From the IMG/VR virus record IMGVR_UViG_3300034112_000721, positions 48,532 to 112,531 of that record: 64,000 bases of DNA; one strand, written 5' to 3'. Origin of the DNA: a virus. The notes below the pieces were generated by a model that saw only the letters and a program-made list of their open reading frames with translations, made no database searches and was not told the DNA's origin. Both the position numbers and the translations under genes were made by a program. Of the stretch, positions 1 through 10,996 are shown piece after piece (position 1 is the stretch's first letter; every line of letters begins with the position of its first letter).

Positions 1-2125
1 CAATGTTCATAACCCATTGCTTATATTTAGCATCAGCATCAGGATCTTTTAATTCCATTTTATCTCCATCTATGTAAATTATTTTGTTTTTTTCTTCATA
101 TGGATCTTTTTTTGATTTGAGATCAATTTCTTTTGCGTCTTGAACAAAATCACGTACAGCAAGATTTACCTCTCCAGGTTTAGTTTTAGGTGCACTAGCT
201 AATTTTTCAACTGCAGCAAGACTTTTTGGTTTTGCTGTTGCTCTAGCAGCACTAACATTACTAGAAGGTTTAGATTTATTTTCTGATTCAGAGATTGCCT
301 TAGTAATATAATTAGCCATATTACCAAGACCACCAGCAGCACCACTAGCAATTAATCTTGAAAGCTCAGCAGCTTTTTCTTTTTCTTGAAGTTGTTTTAT
401 TGGATTACCTCCTTTATCCATTCTAGTTAATGAAGGTATAGAAATGTCTTCTATTATATATCCACCTTTTCTGTATTCTTCTATTTGATTATCATCAAGT
501 TCAAGTTCAATATAACTAGGTGCTCCAATCATATTTCTTAAAAAACTCTGTGCATCAGAATCTGCAATTGAAGGATTTTCAGTTGCTATATTTCTACCAT
601 AAACATTTGTAATTGGCCTATAACCAATTTTTCTATCTTCATCTACAGCATGCTGAAATGTTTCATGTGCAGGTGATTTTAAATATTCTCCTGTATTTTG
701 ATTAATACTATATGCATGATAATAACCATCACTCTCTTTGGGTTGATCATAATTAAATTTTTCTGGTCTTCCCTCAGAATCCCAATAACCCCTTATATCA
801 TATGTAGCATCATCTGTTTGAAGATTTTCAGGAAGTGTAGCATAAAATTTTTGAAATTCTATTTCTTCTTCTGGTGACAGTTTAGTAATACCACCATTTT
901 GTTTCCTTATAAGATTACCTATAGAATGTCCATAGCTTGCTTCTGGTAATTCTACACCATCTTTAAATATTTGTCCTGCACTTCCTAATTTATTAATAAC
1001 AGATTGTTTATTATCTATATGTCTATTTATTCCCAGTTCTTTTATTTTAGCTATCTTAGCTTTATCTGATCCTGTTGCAAATATTCTATCTTCAGATATT
1101 CCCGCAGCTCTTGCTCTTTCTATCATATCTGGTGTTACTTCAGCTCTAGCAGATATTATATATTTTTCATTAGGCATGGATTGAGCCATTTGTAAACCTC
1201 TATCTGTGCTAAGTGTATCATCAAAGTCAAATGAAATTATTTCACCTCCTATTTTTTTATATTTTAACTTTTTAAGATTTTCTAAAATGCTTTCTATTCT
1301 TTGTTCTTCTTGTCTCGCCTCTCCTTCTATTGTAGATGGATTCATATACATTCTTTCCTGTGCTAAATTTAGTATTTTCTCTTCTGGCATATCAGGATTT
1401 TCTTGCATAATTTGATCAAAAGCTTGATCAAATTCAACACCTCTTCTATCATAATAAGCACCTATTGCTTCATCTGATGCAACATATGGATTAGGCCTAA
1501 GACCTACTGAACCGTATGTACTCATTTTACCATCCATATTTTGTTTATCATGAAAAAGTTCATGCGCCAACCACCAAGGATTATTTATATTTTCTATTGG
1601 ACTATTTGGATTATATGTTATAGTTCTAAATGCAGAATTATAACCTAATTGATGTTCAGGATTATTAGGATCATAATTTTTTATTGGAACATATGTTATA
1701 CCACCATCTTGAAAATATGGAGAATTAGGATCAAAGATTTTATTCTTTACAGATTTTGATTTTTTAAATAACGGGTTTTTTGTAAATAATATATTCCTAG
1801 CCATTAAGCTTTTGGAATATTTTTTAGGATACTTTTTACTACCACCTTTCTTAGCTTGTGGTATTTCATAAACCATGTCTCCTTCAAACTGATACTCATT
1901 ACCTGGAGTCATGTATTGTGCATTACCTAAATTATCTATACCCAATAAGTCATCTTCTACTCCTTTCATGGTTATCTTTCCAGTAGGTGTAGGTACTGCA
2001 GTAGGAAGACCTGGGTAATCCCATTGCCCTCTTTCAGAAACAATAAATCCTTGAGTAAATCTTTTTAACTCATTTGGACCACCGGGTAAACCAGCTTTTT
2101 CATATTTCTTAAAAGACTTCTTCAT
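1..2125 (-). CDS. Large multi-domain putative virion cargo/ejected protein, truncated at the window edge; contains zincin-like (HELFH) and HAD-like (DFDDTL) domains separated by xxGG motifs
   Basis: Absent from the ORF track because it has no stop in the window. Hand translation from ATG 2125 (TAATG overlap with the upstream stop) gives MKKSFKKYEKAGLPGGP...WWLAHELFHDKQ...ISFDFDDTLS...IISAR...HIDNK...KQWVMNI, in frame to position 2. It follows the tail muzzle gene, as crAss-like cargo genes do. Confidence 0.75.
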   Translation of the reverse strand, partial: MKKSFKKYEKAGLPGGPNELKRFTQGFIVSERGQWDYPGLPTAVPTPTGKITMKGVEDDLLGIDNLGNAQYMTPGNEYQFEGDMVYEIPQAKKGGSKKYPKKYSKSLMARNILFTKNPLFKKSKSVKNKIFDPNSPYFQDGGITYVPIKNYDPNNPEHQLGYNSAFRTITYNPNSPIENINNPWWLAHELFHDKQNMDGKMSTYGSVGLRPNPYVASDEAIGAYYDRRGVEFDQAFDQIMQENPDMPEEKILNLAQERMYMNPSTIEGEARQEEQRIESILENLKKLKYKKIGGEIISFDFDDTLSTDRGLQMAQSMPNEKYIISARAEVTPDMIERARAAGISEDRIFATGSDKAKIAKIKELGINRHIDNKQSVINKLGSAGQIFKDGVELPEASYGHSIGNLIRKQNGGITKLSPEEEIEFQKFYATLPENLQTDDATYDIRGYWDSEGRPEKFNYDQPKESDGYYHAYSINQNTGEYLKSPAHETFQHAVDEDRKIGYRPITNVYGRNIATENPSIADSDAQSFLRNMIGAPSYIELELDDNQIEEYRKGGYIIEDISIPSLTRMDKGGNPIKQLQEKEKAAELSRLIASGAAGGLGNMANYITKAISESENKSKPSSNVSAARATAKPKSLAAVEKLASAPKTKPGEVNLAVRDFVQDAKEIDLKSKKDPYEEKNKIIYIDGDKMELKDPDADAKYKQWVMNI

Positions 2126-5100
2126 TATCTTATTGACATTTCATTTTTACTATTTACAACTTTTAATATAAAGTTGATATCTCTTTCTTGTTCTGTAGCA
2201 AGTTTAGATAAAAATAAATAATTTAAGTAATGTCTAAACTTCTTTCTTTGAGTATCTAACTTAGCATAATTTAAGTTTGCATTATTCAAAGTTTTAATAT
2301 AACCATTTGGTTCTGTATTCCAAATAAATTGTTCAGAATAATTACCAAGAAGTTGTGTAGTTCCAGGAACAAGAGGTCCTGTTGGAGGGTAATCTGACCC
2401 AATTGGAAATTCTCCTCTATCTTTTGTAATATCCCAATACTGATTAAACCTATACTTATTTTCTTCTTTTGAAAATAATATATCAAATGAAGATAAGTTG
2501 GATTGATTTAATTTAGGATATTGTAATGAAAGAGTAATATTATTTTTTGGGAATATGTTTAAATTAAGATATCCAGATACTTGCTCTGTGTTAGATATAA
2601 CTGCTTGACTAAAGTTTGCATCAAGAACATGAAACTGATCTACACAGTTAAATTGTGAATATCTATAACACTCTAAGGTATATTCTATTGATCTTACAAT
2701 ACTTGGAGCAGATCCTGTATTTATTGGATACTCTATTTCAAAAGGATATTGTGTACCATAAAAATTACAGAAGTCATCACATACATCATTATGTCTCCAG
2801 ATTGTATTACCTTTTACAGTAAACAATGTTTCTTTAGATGAAAATACAAGATCTGGATGCCAATCATGATAACTAATAAATACTTGTAATTTAGGGTCAT
2901 AACTTACAGTCCATGATGCATCAACAAAAACATTTGGGTGCCCTAATGGATAATTTACTCCAAGATAATTAAACTTATTTGTTTCTGGATTATAAGATAC
3001 TTTACCTATATCCTTTCTTAACTGATAATCTTTCTTAGTAAAGTATAGTATAGATGATCTTGTATCATATCCTGCTTGAACACCAATACCAGCTACTGGA
3101 TTATCTTGATGTGGATAATCTGGAAAATCTTCTGTTAGCTTATATGGTAAAAATAAAGAAAACCACCACTTCAATCCATTTTGTGAAATTTCTTTTATAC
3201 CCTCACCATATGCAAAAAGTTTACCCTGATTCATTGATGCATAATATAATCCAGCTGGTGAGTATATTACAGATCTTATATTTTGAGATGAACCATATTC
3301 AAATGGTGCATCAGCATTTACTGCAGACTGTGGAGGATTACTAAATAAACCACCATCTCCAATAGTTACTTTTTTACCAGATAAAGTCTGTAATGTATCT
3401 ATACCTTGATAGAACAAAGGTCCTGTAGTTGGGAATGTAAAGATCATACCTGTCATACCAACAGGTTTTACCGTAGTAATTTTATCATTAAACTGTACAT
3501 AGTTTAATGGTAAATAGATCAACCAATTATTATCATAGGATTGATCATCTTGGTACAATGAGTATAACGCTCTATTTGGATAATATGTAAAACATAATTC
3601 TGCAACTTGAGGATCATAATTTGCACCTTGTGTTGATCCGGCAGAAAGATACTGTGTAAAAAACTTAGTAACACTTAATGAATAATCATAGTTATAAAAG
3701 TTACCCTTAGTAATTACTTCTGGATTCATATCAAACAGCTGTCTTAAATCTGTATATTGATATGGTATATATGGTTGTTGTGATTGTAAAGTTCCTTGTG
3801 ATCTAAAGTCTACAAGTACATTACTCTCTACAAAGAAATCTCTTACACCAGAATTAGCTAAATACATGTATGAATCCTTAACAGATAAAAATCCTGGATA
3901 GTTTCCTTCCGTATCATTTTGTCTATCATAATTATCATTATCTAAATTATAATATCCTTTTGGCATTGGACCAGTACCAAATGTTGGCTGAGGAGTTAGT
4001 AAAGATATTATATCTGCAATTGTTGTTGCAATATTACCACCAGCAGCAATTGGATTTTCATCTTTACTGTATGGTGCAGTATTCATCCAATACCTTGCTG
4101 TAGGTATATTATTATATAATGCATAGTTCCATATAGTTCCATCAGGTAAATTATATAACCAGTTGTAAAAGAAAAGCATTGTGTTCTTTTCTGTAAATCT
4201 GTTTATATAAGTATCTCCTCCAAATATAATTTCTGATGTTGGAAGAACTTTATGAAATACTTGTCCATTCAACGGGCAGTTGCCAGATGTTGGTTGAGAA
4301 ATTATATTATTAGGATCAAATTTTTGTTCACACGTTGTTGCAACAACTTGTTTAATACTATCAATTCTACCATATTGATTTTGTACATTATATTTTAATC
4401 CAACATAATGACTTGCTATATTTCCTAAAAATTGTTTAAATAATGATTCATTTTTAAAACTCATATCAAAGCTTGGAACATCAGTTGCTTTACCAAGATT
4501 AATTAATGAGTTATCTTCTTGAAAACCAATTTGCTGTGTTGATCCAACATATGTACCAACTAACTGCGGTCCTATTGTTGGAGCAATGGTAGGTGATGTG
4601 TATGTTGTATTTGGAGCAGAAGTTCTAATAAAGACTGTCTTAGGTCTAGAAAGATTATTTATTGTAAATCTTTGAAAATTACCAAATCCATTTAAATAAT
4701 CTGGAACCTCTTGATTTCTATCACTAAGATAGAACCCGTTTTCAATTTTAAATCTTTTTAAGAAATTAGTATTAGGTGCAACAAATCTTGCATAGAATCC
4801 ATGTGCTAATGATTGTAAAGCATATTGTCTAAATGGTAAAAATGCTTGAATAATTCTTAGTGTTGTATTGAACCCCTCAGTAAAATAATATGGTAACTGC
4901 ACACCAATATTTATTGCGCTTGTTGCAAAAACACCAAGCCCTAAATTATTTAAAACAGTTGCTGTATTATAATCTGTTATAAGTGTTGTTGGTGGATATA
5001 GTCCAATATTTGCATATGATTGTGCCGTTGTTTCAAAAATCTCTTCAAGCGTTAAAGATGCCGGATTACCAGGTCCAGTAATTGCACCAGAAATTTGTTG

Positions 5101-7578
5101 AGAGGCACTATTAAAATAGTTATTAAGTTGTGTATAAAAGTTAAATGCATTACTTGCAGCAGCATTTACTGTAAATGAATCAAGATCTCCTGGTGGTGGA
5201 TTTGGTGGTGTTAAGTTATTACCATTACCACCTGCAATATTCCAATAATCATATTTTTGATAAGGGACTTGAAAATCTGGAAGAGCTGGTGATGATATCT
5301 GTTTCTTACCCAATAAGTTTAATAAAGCATTTCCAAGACCAGCTATAATTGCAATATAAACCGCAGCATTACTCATCAACTGATTTTCAGGATGCTTATC
5401 TGGTATTACAAAAGAATGTACTGAGTTACCTTCTAAACTTCCATAGATTTTTAATTCAGTTTGGTTTATAAAAGGATTTCTAAAGCTAGTATCTGGAGAT
5501 GTAAATGTAAGAAGGTTTTTTGGTATACCTTGATTTACAAATGTTTCATTTCCATCTTTATCTATAGTGGTTGTTTTAATAAAAGGATCATTATAATAAT
5601 AATCATGATCTCCAATATTTGCAGTATTATCTAATGGTATTGAACAGTTAAATGGATAGTTTGCATATAGTCCTGTTCTATTACCTTTTGATTGCCCCTG
5701 TATAGGATAAGTCCTAAAGTTATTAATCATCCCTTTAGCAACTATACTAAGATTACCTTCTCTTGAACCTCTTAGTATTTCATATCCAACTATATTAGGA
5801 ATATCATTACCGTCATTATCTTTTGGGTAGATTATATTATTAAACTCTACACCCATTATTCTAATAAACTTTTTACCATCAGAAGCATTAGCATTTTCTA
5901 CTCTAAAGTGATATGTATCAGGTGTTAATGCATTATCTGGAAACTTGTGATGTCTAATAGGTTTACCACAAAGATCATATCTTGGATCTTTAGTAGCTGT
6001 CCAACACTGTGAACTTGAATTCCATATGTTAGGTTGGTTATCAGGATATATTTCTGTAGATTGCCAGTATCCCATTTTACCTTTAGCTAATACAACTCCT
6101 CCATCAGGTAATACTGGATAGTTAGGAAAGTATGTATCTGTCTGCCAAGCTGTATTTACAGTTTCAAATAATAATGTGTTATCTACAAAACTATTCTTAT
6201 CTGTATATGTATCAGCATCTTTTGTATTTGCAGGAACATTATCTGGATTTGGTGTTGGATAGTTTTCTTCTGGTCTTCCAGGAATGTGATAAGATGCAGA
6301 TTTATCTCCAGTATTGTATACCCATCTTATAAAGAAAGCATATACCTCATCTCTAAGATAACCTACTTTAGATCCTCCAGTAATATAATAGTCTTCAGGA
6401 TATTCAACTGACACCCATTTAGTATTTATCAAATTAGCAAGTGGCTGATAATTAAAATCAAATTTAGATGTGGGAGCAATTCTAAGTAAGTACTGTCCAA
6501 CATTAACTATCTGATCTGATTTCTCATATACTGGATTTAATAATGGTATAGCTGATGTTGGTATAGTTATTAATGTCTGTGGTATATCATCTAATAAGAT
6601 TGATGTTTCAGAAGTAGAATAATAACCAATCTGTTTTGCTTGAACATTTTCATTAATTGATCTAACTATTACTAATTCAAACTGCTCAAAGTTTTCAGTG
6701 TCTAAATCTAATGTTAATAGTAATGATCCTTGTGAAACATCATTAGGATTATATACTGGTTGAAGATTACTTGGAGAAAAATAATTAGTTACATTCTGAC
6801 CCTTAATAGAATATGCTACAACGGCAAAGTAAGTTCCATTTTCTAATGTACCTGTACCAGGTGCAATTGAAAGTTGAACGCATGGTGTCTGTACTAATGA
6901 TGCCAATCTTATTTTGTCACAATCTAAAAAGTTTAAATCTGTACATATTTTACAATCTCCAGGAGTACATTTTTGTTCCCATGCAGTAATTGGCCATAAT
7001 ACAGTTCCACTTGATGAAATATATCTATTATAATTTATACCTGCTGTAGCTTGATTAGAGCCACCCCATTGAAAAGATGAATCTGGCCATGTCTTTGGAT
7101 CACCAATATTTAAATATCTATCAGGATTTAAACCATCTGCCCAATACACTTCCCACTTACAATCTCCCTTTTGTCTAGAAGCTCCGGTAATTAAATTATA
7201 TGGACTAAAATTTAAACATGGTGCAGAAACAATTGGTCTATACAAACAATGTTCTTCTTCATATAAACCAATTTCAGAATTAACAGGTTTACCATTTACA
7301 GTAGCAACAGTAAATATAATCCACTTATCCGCATATAAATGTATAATACCAATAATAGCTTTATCACCCTGCATGGTCTCTCCACTTGTTCCGCAGAGAT
7401 AGTTTGAGTCCTCATTAGATAAAGTACCTAGGTTACCCTCATCAGTATTATTGACCATGTTTCTTGCATGTGTCCATAGTCCAGATGTTACAAATGATGG
7501 GTCTGTATCTTTATTTAGACCTTTAGAGAAACTATTTGTAATATTCTGAGTAGTATTTTGAAGACCTTTTTTAGCCAT
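2125..7578 (-). CDS. Tail muzzle / stabilization protein (crAss-like)
   Basis: 1817 aa; N-terminal FSKGLNKD..P...W..ARN pattern, internal YLRDEVYAFFIRW and WTVSYDP...FISYHDWHP; lies downstream of ring proteins. Confidence 0.8.
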   Translation of the reverse strand: MAKKGLQNTTQNITNSFSKGLNKDTDPSFVTSGLWTHARNMVNNTDEGNLGTLSNEDSNYLCGTSGETMQGDKAIIGIIHLYADKWIIFTVATVNGKPVNSEIGLYEEEHCLYRPIVSAPCLNFSPYNLITGASRQKGDCKWEVYWADGLNPDRYLNIGDPKTWPDSSFQWGGSNQATAGINYNRYISSSGTVLWPITAWEQKCTPGDCKICTDLNFLDCDKIRLASLVQTPCVQLSIAPGTGTLENGTYFAVVAYSIKGQNVTNYFSPSNLQPVYNPNDVSQGSLLLTLDLDTENFEQFELVIVRSINENVQAKQIGYYSTSETSILLDDIPQTLITIPTSAIPLLNPVYEKSDQIVNVGQYLLRIAPTSKFDFNYQPLANLINTKWVSVEYPEDYYITGGSKVGYLRDEVYAFFIRWVYNTGDKSASYHIPGRPEENYPTPNPDNVPANTKDADTYTDKNSFVDNTLLFETVNTAWQTDTYFPNYPVLPDGGVVLAKGKMGYWQSTEIYPDNQPNIWNSSSQCWTATKDPRYDLCGKPIRHHKFPDNALTPDTYHFRVENANASDGKKFIRIMGVEFNNIIYPKDNDGNDIPNIVGYEILRGSREGNLSIVAKGMINNFRTYPIQGQSKGNRTGLYANYPFNCSIPLDNTANIGDHDYYYNDPFIKTTTIDKDGNETFVNQGIPKNLLTFTSPDTSFRNPFINQTELKIYGSLEGNSVHSFVIPDKHPENQLMSNAAVYIAIIAGLGNALLNLLGKKQISSPALPDFQVPYQKYDYWNIAGGNGNNLTPPNPPPGDLDSFTVNAAASNAFNFYTQLNNYFNSASQQISGAITGPGNPASLTLEEIFETTAQSYANIGLYPPTTLITDYNTATVLNNLGLGVFATSAINIGVQLPYYFTEGFNTTLRIIQAFLPFRQYALQSLAHGFYARFVAPNTNFLKRFKIENGFYLSDRNQEVPDYLNGFGNFQRFTINNLSRPKTVFIRTSAPNTTYTSPTIAPTIGPQLVGTYVGSTQQIGFQEDNSLINLGKATDVPSFDMSFKNESLFKQFLGNIASHYVGLKYNVQNQYGRIDSIKQVVATTCEQKFDPNNIISQPTSGNCPLNGQVFHKVLPTSEIIFGGDTYINRFTEKNTMLFFYNWLYNLPDGTIWNYALYNNIPTARYWMNTAPYSKDENPIAAGGNIATTIADIISLLTPQPTFGTGPMPKGYYNLDNDNYDRQNDTEGNYPGFLSVKDSYMYLANSGVRDFFVESNVLVDFRSQGTLQSQQPYIPYQYTDLRQLFDMNPEVITKGNFYNYDYSLSVTKFFTQYLSAGSTQGANYDPQVAELCFTYYPNRALYSLYQDDQSYDNNWLIYLPLNYVQFNDKITTVKPVGMTGMIFTFPTTGPLFYQGIDTLQTLSGKKVTIGDGGLFSNPPQSAVNADAPFEYGSSQNIRSVIYSPAGLYYASMNQGKLFAYGEGIKEISQNGLKWWFSLFLPYKLTEDFPDYPHQDNPVAGIGVQAGYDTRSSILYFTKKDYQLRKDIGKVSYNPETNKFNYLGVNYPLGHPNVFVDASWTVSYDPKLQVFISYHDWHPDLVFSSKETLFTVKGNTIWRHNDVCDDFCNFYGTQYPFEIEYPINTGSAPSIVRSIEYTLECYRYSQFNCVDQFHVLDANFSQAVISNTEQVSGYLNLNIFPKNNITLSLQYPKLNQSNLSSFDILFSKEENKYRFNQYWDITKDRGEFPIGSDYPPTGPLVPGTTQLLGNYSEQFIWNTEPNGYIKTLNNANLNYAKLDTQRKKFRHYLNYLFLSKLATEQERDINFILKVVNSKNEMSIR

Positions 7579-8624
7579 TATATTATTCTATTGCCGGTTA
7601 AGTTTCTATAATATGCTGCATTAGGAGAATAACTTTCAAACATATAGTAATACTTACCATACATTGATTTTCTATTTGTCCACCACATCTTTTCAAGTTC
7701 CTTGAAGTTTGGTGTATTAACAACACTTAATGCTTGATTTCTAGCTGCTCTTAATCTTTGTTCAATTAACTGCATTCTTTGTGCTACATCCTCACCATTA
7801 ATATATAGGTTTTCAAGTATTCTAGATTTTAAAGCATATTCATAATATTCATTTATTAGATCATGATCTGGGACCATTAAGTATCCTTGATCATTTACCA
7901 TTTCACCTTGATAATTTAAATATACCTTACCAGTTTCAAATGTTGTAAATAGAAAACCACCTTTTATCCAACCTTGGTTTGCTGTATTAAAATAAAGATT
8001 TGGACAGTCACATTCTATTTCTTGACTAGCCTTCATTCTTAATGGTAATAAATCTGTGTAAACTCTTGTAGCTCCAGAATTATTCATTACTTGAACTAGT
8101 TCCCACTTTTCCCCTTTACAATTCATAAAAACTCTAGGTGCAATACAAGTATCACCATAAGGATTGTTTGGGTCATACTCTGTAGGTATTGGATCTACTA
8201 TAGGAAAATTAAGATCACATGCTGCAGTTTTGTTACATGGATTAGAATTACATGTTCTGCAGTTAACTGTTGGTGGTGCACACACATCTGTAGTAGATGG
8301 AGTTTCTTGGTATCTTACTTCTTGTATATTAGTTCCTGCAGACATTGGACCATATCCAACTTGTTGAACATAGTTACCGCATACTAATGCAAAGTTAAAT
8401 ACATAAAAATCATCTGGTAGTTTTACCTTACCATGACATACATCTAGAATAACTTCTTTAGTTTGATTTACCCTTAGACCAAGATCATAATTTAGTTTTT
8501 TAACCAGCTTAATTAATTGCTGAGGCTCTATCATGTTTTCTAGAGCAAAGGTGTTTAAATCAACTGTTACATCTTCTAACAATTGATCAAAAGTTCTATA
8601 TCTAAGAGTATAATTAAAATCCAT
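7578..8624 (-). CDS. Tail ring / tubular-type structural protein
   Basis: 348 aa; KVKLPDDF and GYLMVPD...EYYEY patterns of tubular/adaptor proteins, with a Cys-rich insertion; directly upstream of the muzzle gene. Confidence 0.6.
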   Translation of the reverse strand: MDFNYTLRYRTFDQLLEDVTVDLNTFALENMIEPQQLIKLVKKLNYDLGLRVNQTKEVILDVCHGKVKLPDDFYVFNFALVCGNYVQQVGYGPMSAGTNIQEVRYQETPSTTDVCAPPTVNCRTCNSNPCNKTAACDLNFPIVDPIPTEYDPNNPYGDTCIAPRVFMNCKGEKWELVQVMNNSGATRVYTDLLPLRMKASQEIECDCPNLYFNTANQGWIKGGFLFTTFETGKVYLNYQGEMVNDQGYLMVPDHDLINEYYEYALKSRILENLYINGEDVAQRMQLIEQRLRAARNQALSVVNTPNFKELEKMWWTNRKSMYGKYYYMFESYSPNAAYYRNLTGNRII

Positions 8625-9289
8625 TATCTAAGTATATTTTGACCATCATCAGGACCATCTGTTGGAACCTGCATAGTCATAGTTAATTCTTTAATTACAA
8701 ACTGCTCTACTTCAGAAAATAAATACTCTGGAATAGTTAATAATTTATCTTGTGCTATCTCACACTGTTGAGCAGGATCACACGGATCAGTTACTCCTTG
8801 AAAGATAGCCTCCATTCTAATTGCTTCCCAATCTATATTGGGGCAGTATAAATATCCATTTAAATACCAAAAATATTTTCTTGTATTATATTTAAATGTA
8901 GTAGTCTTTGTCATTGAAACCCATGTACCCGGATCTGTTCTAAACATTTCTATACTACCATCTATTGAAGATACTGTACGTATAACAGGACCAAATGTTC
9001 CTTCTAATATAGTTGGTAGTTTATCTTTTGTTCTTTTAAAATAACATCCAGAATAAACACCAAGACATCCAGCTTCTACTTTATCTACATCTATAAGTTC
9101 AAGATATGGTAATACCTGAAATATAGAGCTAATCTTCATTAGCTTGAATTGATTATCCTCTCTCTTTAAAAGAGTCTGGCCATATTTAATTAGAGAGCTA
9201 TAGATTACTCTATCAGTTAAAAAAGAATCTTCTTTAACTGCTTTTAAAGTATTTCTAACCCGTGATATTGCTTCACCTATAGTTGTCAT
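8624..9289 (-). CDS. Tail ring / adaptor structural protein
   Basis: 221 aa; crAss-like ring-protein pattern (DS.LTDR.I, YFWYLNGYLY) and gene order. Confidence 0.6.
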   Translation of the reverse strand: MTTIGEAISRVRNTLKAVKEDSFLTDRVIYSSLIKYGQTLLKREDNQFKLMKISSIFQVLPYLELIDVDKVEAGCLGVYSGCYFKRTKDKLPTILEGTFGPVIRTVSSIDGSIEMFRTDPGTWVSMTKTTTFKYNTRKYFWYLNGYLYCPNIDWEAIRMEAIFQGVTDPCDPAQQCEIAQDKLLTIPEYLFSEVEQFVIKELTMTMQVPTDGPDDGQNILR

Positions 9290-9867
9290 AGTTCAAATTC
9301 ATTATATTGTTTTAAGTCCTCCTGTAGCTTTTTTTGCATAGAGTTGACTAAAAAATTTTTAGTATGGTTAAGTTTTATTTTTGCTGTTGGTTCAACTACA
9401 AGATACATATTCCAATTTTCTGGATAAGCTTTAGAAACCGCTCTTTTAAATTCTCTACATGCAGTAAATCCCCAAAATTCTCTATTCTTCATTTTGTGTT
9501 TTAATGCATAACTTGTAAAAAATATTTTTGCTAGTTTACCATCTGTTTCCCAATTCTTATTTGTAACAGATACTCCATACTTCTTTGACTTTGCAAAATC
9601 AGTATTTTGTTTTTTTGGACTTTGACATGTTCCAATAAATATCCAACCTATTTGTTCAGGTAGTTGAACACCATCCCTTGTATCAATAACTGTTTGATAA
9701 AAAGTATTATTAAAAGATTTTATAATCTTTCTTAAGTCTTTATCATCCATCTGTTTATACTTAGGATATTTCTTTTTAAAACTTTCAAAGAACTTCTTGT
9801 TCATAATTGTATGTACTTCAGGTCTATACCTTGGTGCATTTAAGTCTGGACTTTTAAATTCCTTCAT
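9286..9867 (-). CDS. IHF/HU-like DNA-binding protein
   Basis: Basic; helices followed by DGVQLPEQIGWIFI (cf. HU/IHF V.L..FG.F); crAss-like phages carry an IHF-like gene before the tail genes. Confidence 0.55.
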   Translation of the reverse strand: MKEFKSPDLNAPRYRPEVHTIMNKKFFESFKKKYPKYKQMDDKDLRKIIKSFNNTFYQTVIDTRDGVQLPEQIGWIFIGTCQSPKKQNTDFAKSKKYGVSVTNKNWETDGKLAKIFFTSYALKHKMKNREFWGFTACREFKRAVSKAYPENWNMYLVVEPTAKIKLNHTKNFLVNSMQKKLQEDLKQYNEFEL

Positions 9868-9921
9868 ACTATACTATTTAATATACTAAAAATAAATGAC
9901 TTTAACAAATATAGCAATAAA

Positions 9922-9950
9922 AGCAAAACCCCCGCGAGTGCAGGGGTTCT
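9922..9950 (-). terminator. Intrinsic terminator after the 9984 ORF
   Basis: AACCCC...GGGGTT inverted repeat with a T-run on the minus strand. Confidence 0.55.
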
Positions 9951-9983
9951 ACCAGTTGTTACAGAAACCAACAAACTGCAACT

Positions 9984-10985
9984 TTATATTTGTTCAACCA
10001 TCATTTGAGCTTGTAATAACCAAGCTGCAGATGTTGCATCTTTTGTTTTAAATTTTAAACTAACTGTTTCACCAGCATTTAAAGTAATATAATAAAAGAA
10101 AGAAACATTAAATGGTAACTGACCATTTAAGAATCTAAACTCAACTGTATTACCTGCAGTAGTTAAAACTTGATCAGGTGCAATAGAAGATCTATTTACA
10201 ATATCTCCAACATTTGCACCATCCATTAATGATCCTGATAATAACGGTCTTCCAAAATTTTGATAAACTGGTGTATCAATAAAACCAACAGTTTTTATAA
10301 TTGCTCCATCAACCCAGTTTGCAATATTAGAACTATTTGCTGATGTTGGTAATGTAACTGTATCATATGATACCCATACTTTATAATTCTTAGCTGCACC
10401 TCCAGGATTAGTATATGATAATGCAGAATAATTTACATTTGGAAAACTATATATACTTGGTGTTGCACCAGCATTAAGATTTACTGTTTGTACATTATCA
10501 TCATAGAAAAATTCTTTTGCTGTCGCATTTACAGTATATGTAGTTGTGTTACCTACTGTAGATGAAGTAATATTAATTCCTGTTCCTGATTCAAGTTGTA
10601 CAACTGGCAATTGTGTTGGATCAAAACAAATTGTATATGTAGTTACTCCTGTTACTGGGTTAGTGACTGAAGTTATATCTAAATAATCATTTGTATTACA
10701 TACCTCTACAACAGATCCTAAGTCTGGGCCAGTAATATACTCACAGAAAAAACTAATAATTGCATTAATAGCATCTGCTAAATTTGTATTAGTATCAACA
10801 ACAACTTGTTGTATACATTCAATTGGTAATCCACTATATACAACACATTCTGCATCAAATACCTCAGAACATGCAATTGGATTAGGACATCCTGCTGGAG
10901 TAGGACATGGTGCAGGTGAAATTAATCCATTATCTGAACATCCACATTTTTTACATCCACAAGAAGTACAAGTATTATGAGCCAT
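9984..10985 (-). CDS. Putative tail fibre/structural protein with Cys-rich N-terminus
   Basis: Cys-rich N-terminus, GTGINIT beta-repeat, beta-rich C-terminus. Confidence 0.55.
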   Translation of the reverse strand: MAHNTCTSCGCKKCGCSDNGLISPAPCPTPAGCPNPIACSEVFDAECVVYSGLPIECIQQVVVDTNTNLADAINAIISFFCEYITGPDLGSVVEVCNTNDYLDITSVTNPVTGVTTYTICFDPTQLPVVQLESGTGINITSSTVGNTTTYTVNATAKEFFYDDNVQTVNLNAGATPSIYSFPNVNYSALSYTNPGGAAKNYKVWVSYDTVTLPTSANSSNIANWVDGAIIKTVGFIDTPVYQNFGRPLLSGSLMDGANVGDIVNRSSIAPDQVLTTAGNTVEFRFLNGQLPFNVSFFYYITLNAGETVSLKFKTKDATSAAWLLQAQMMVEQI

Positions 10986-10996
10986 AGTTTAAATTA

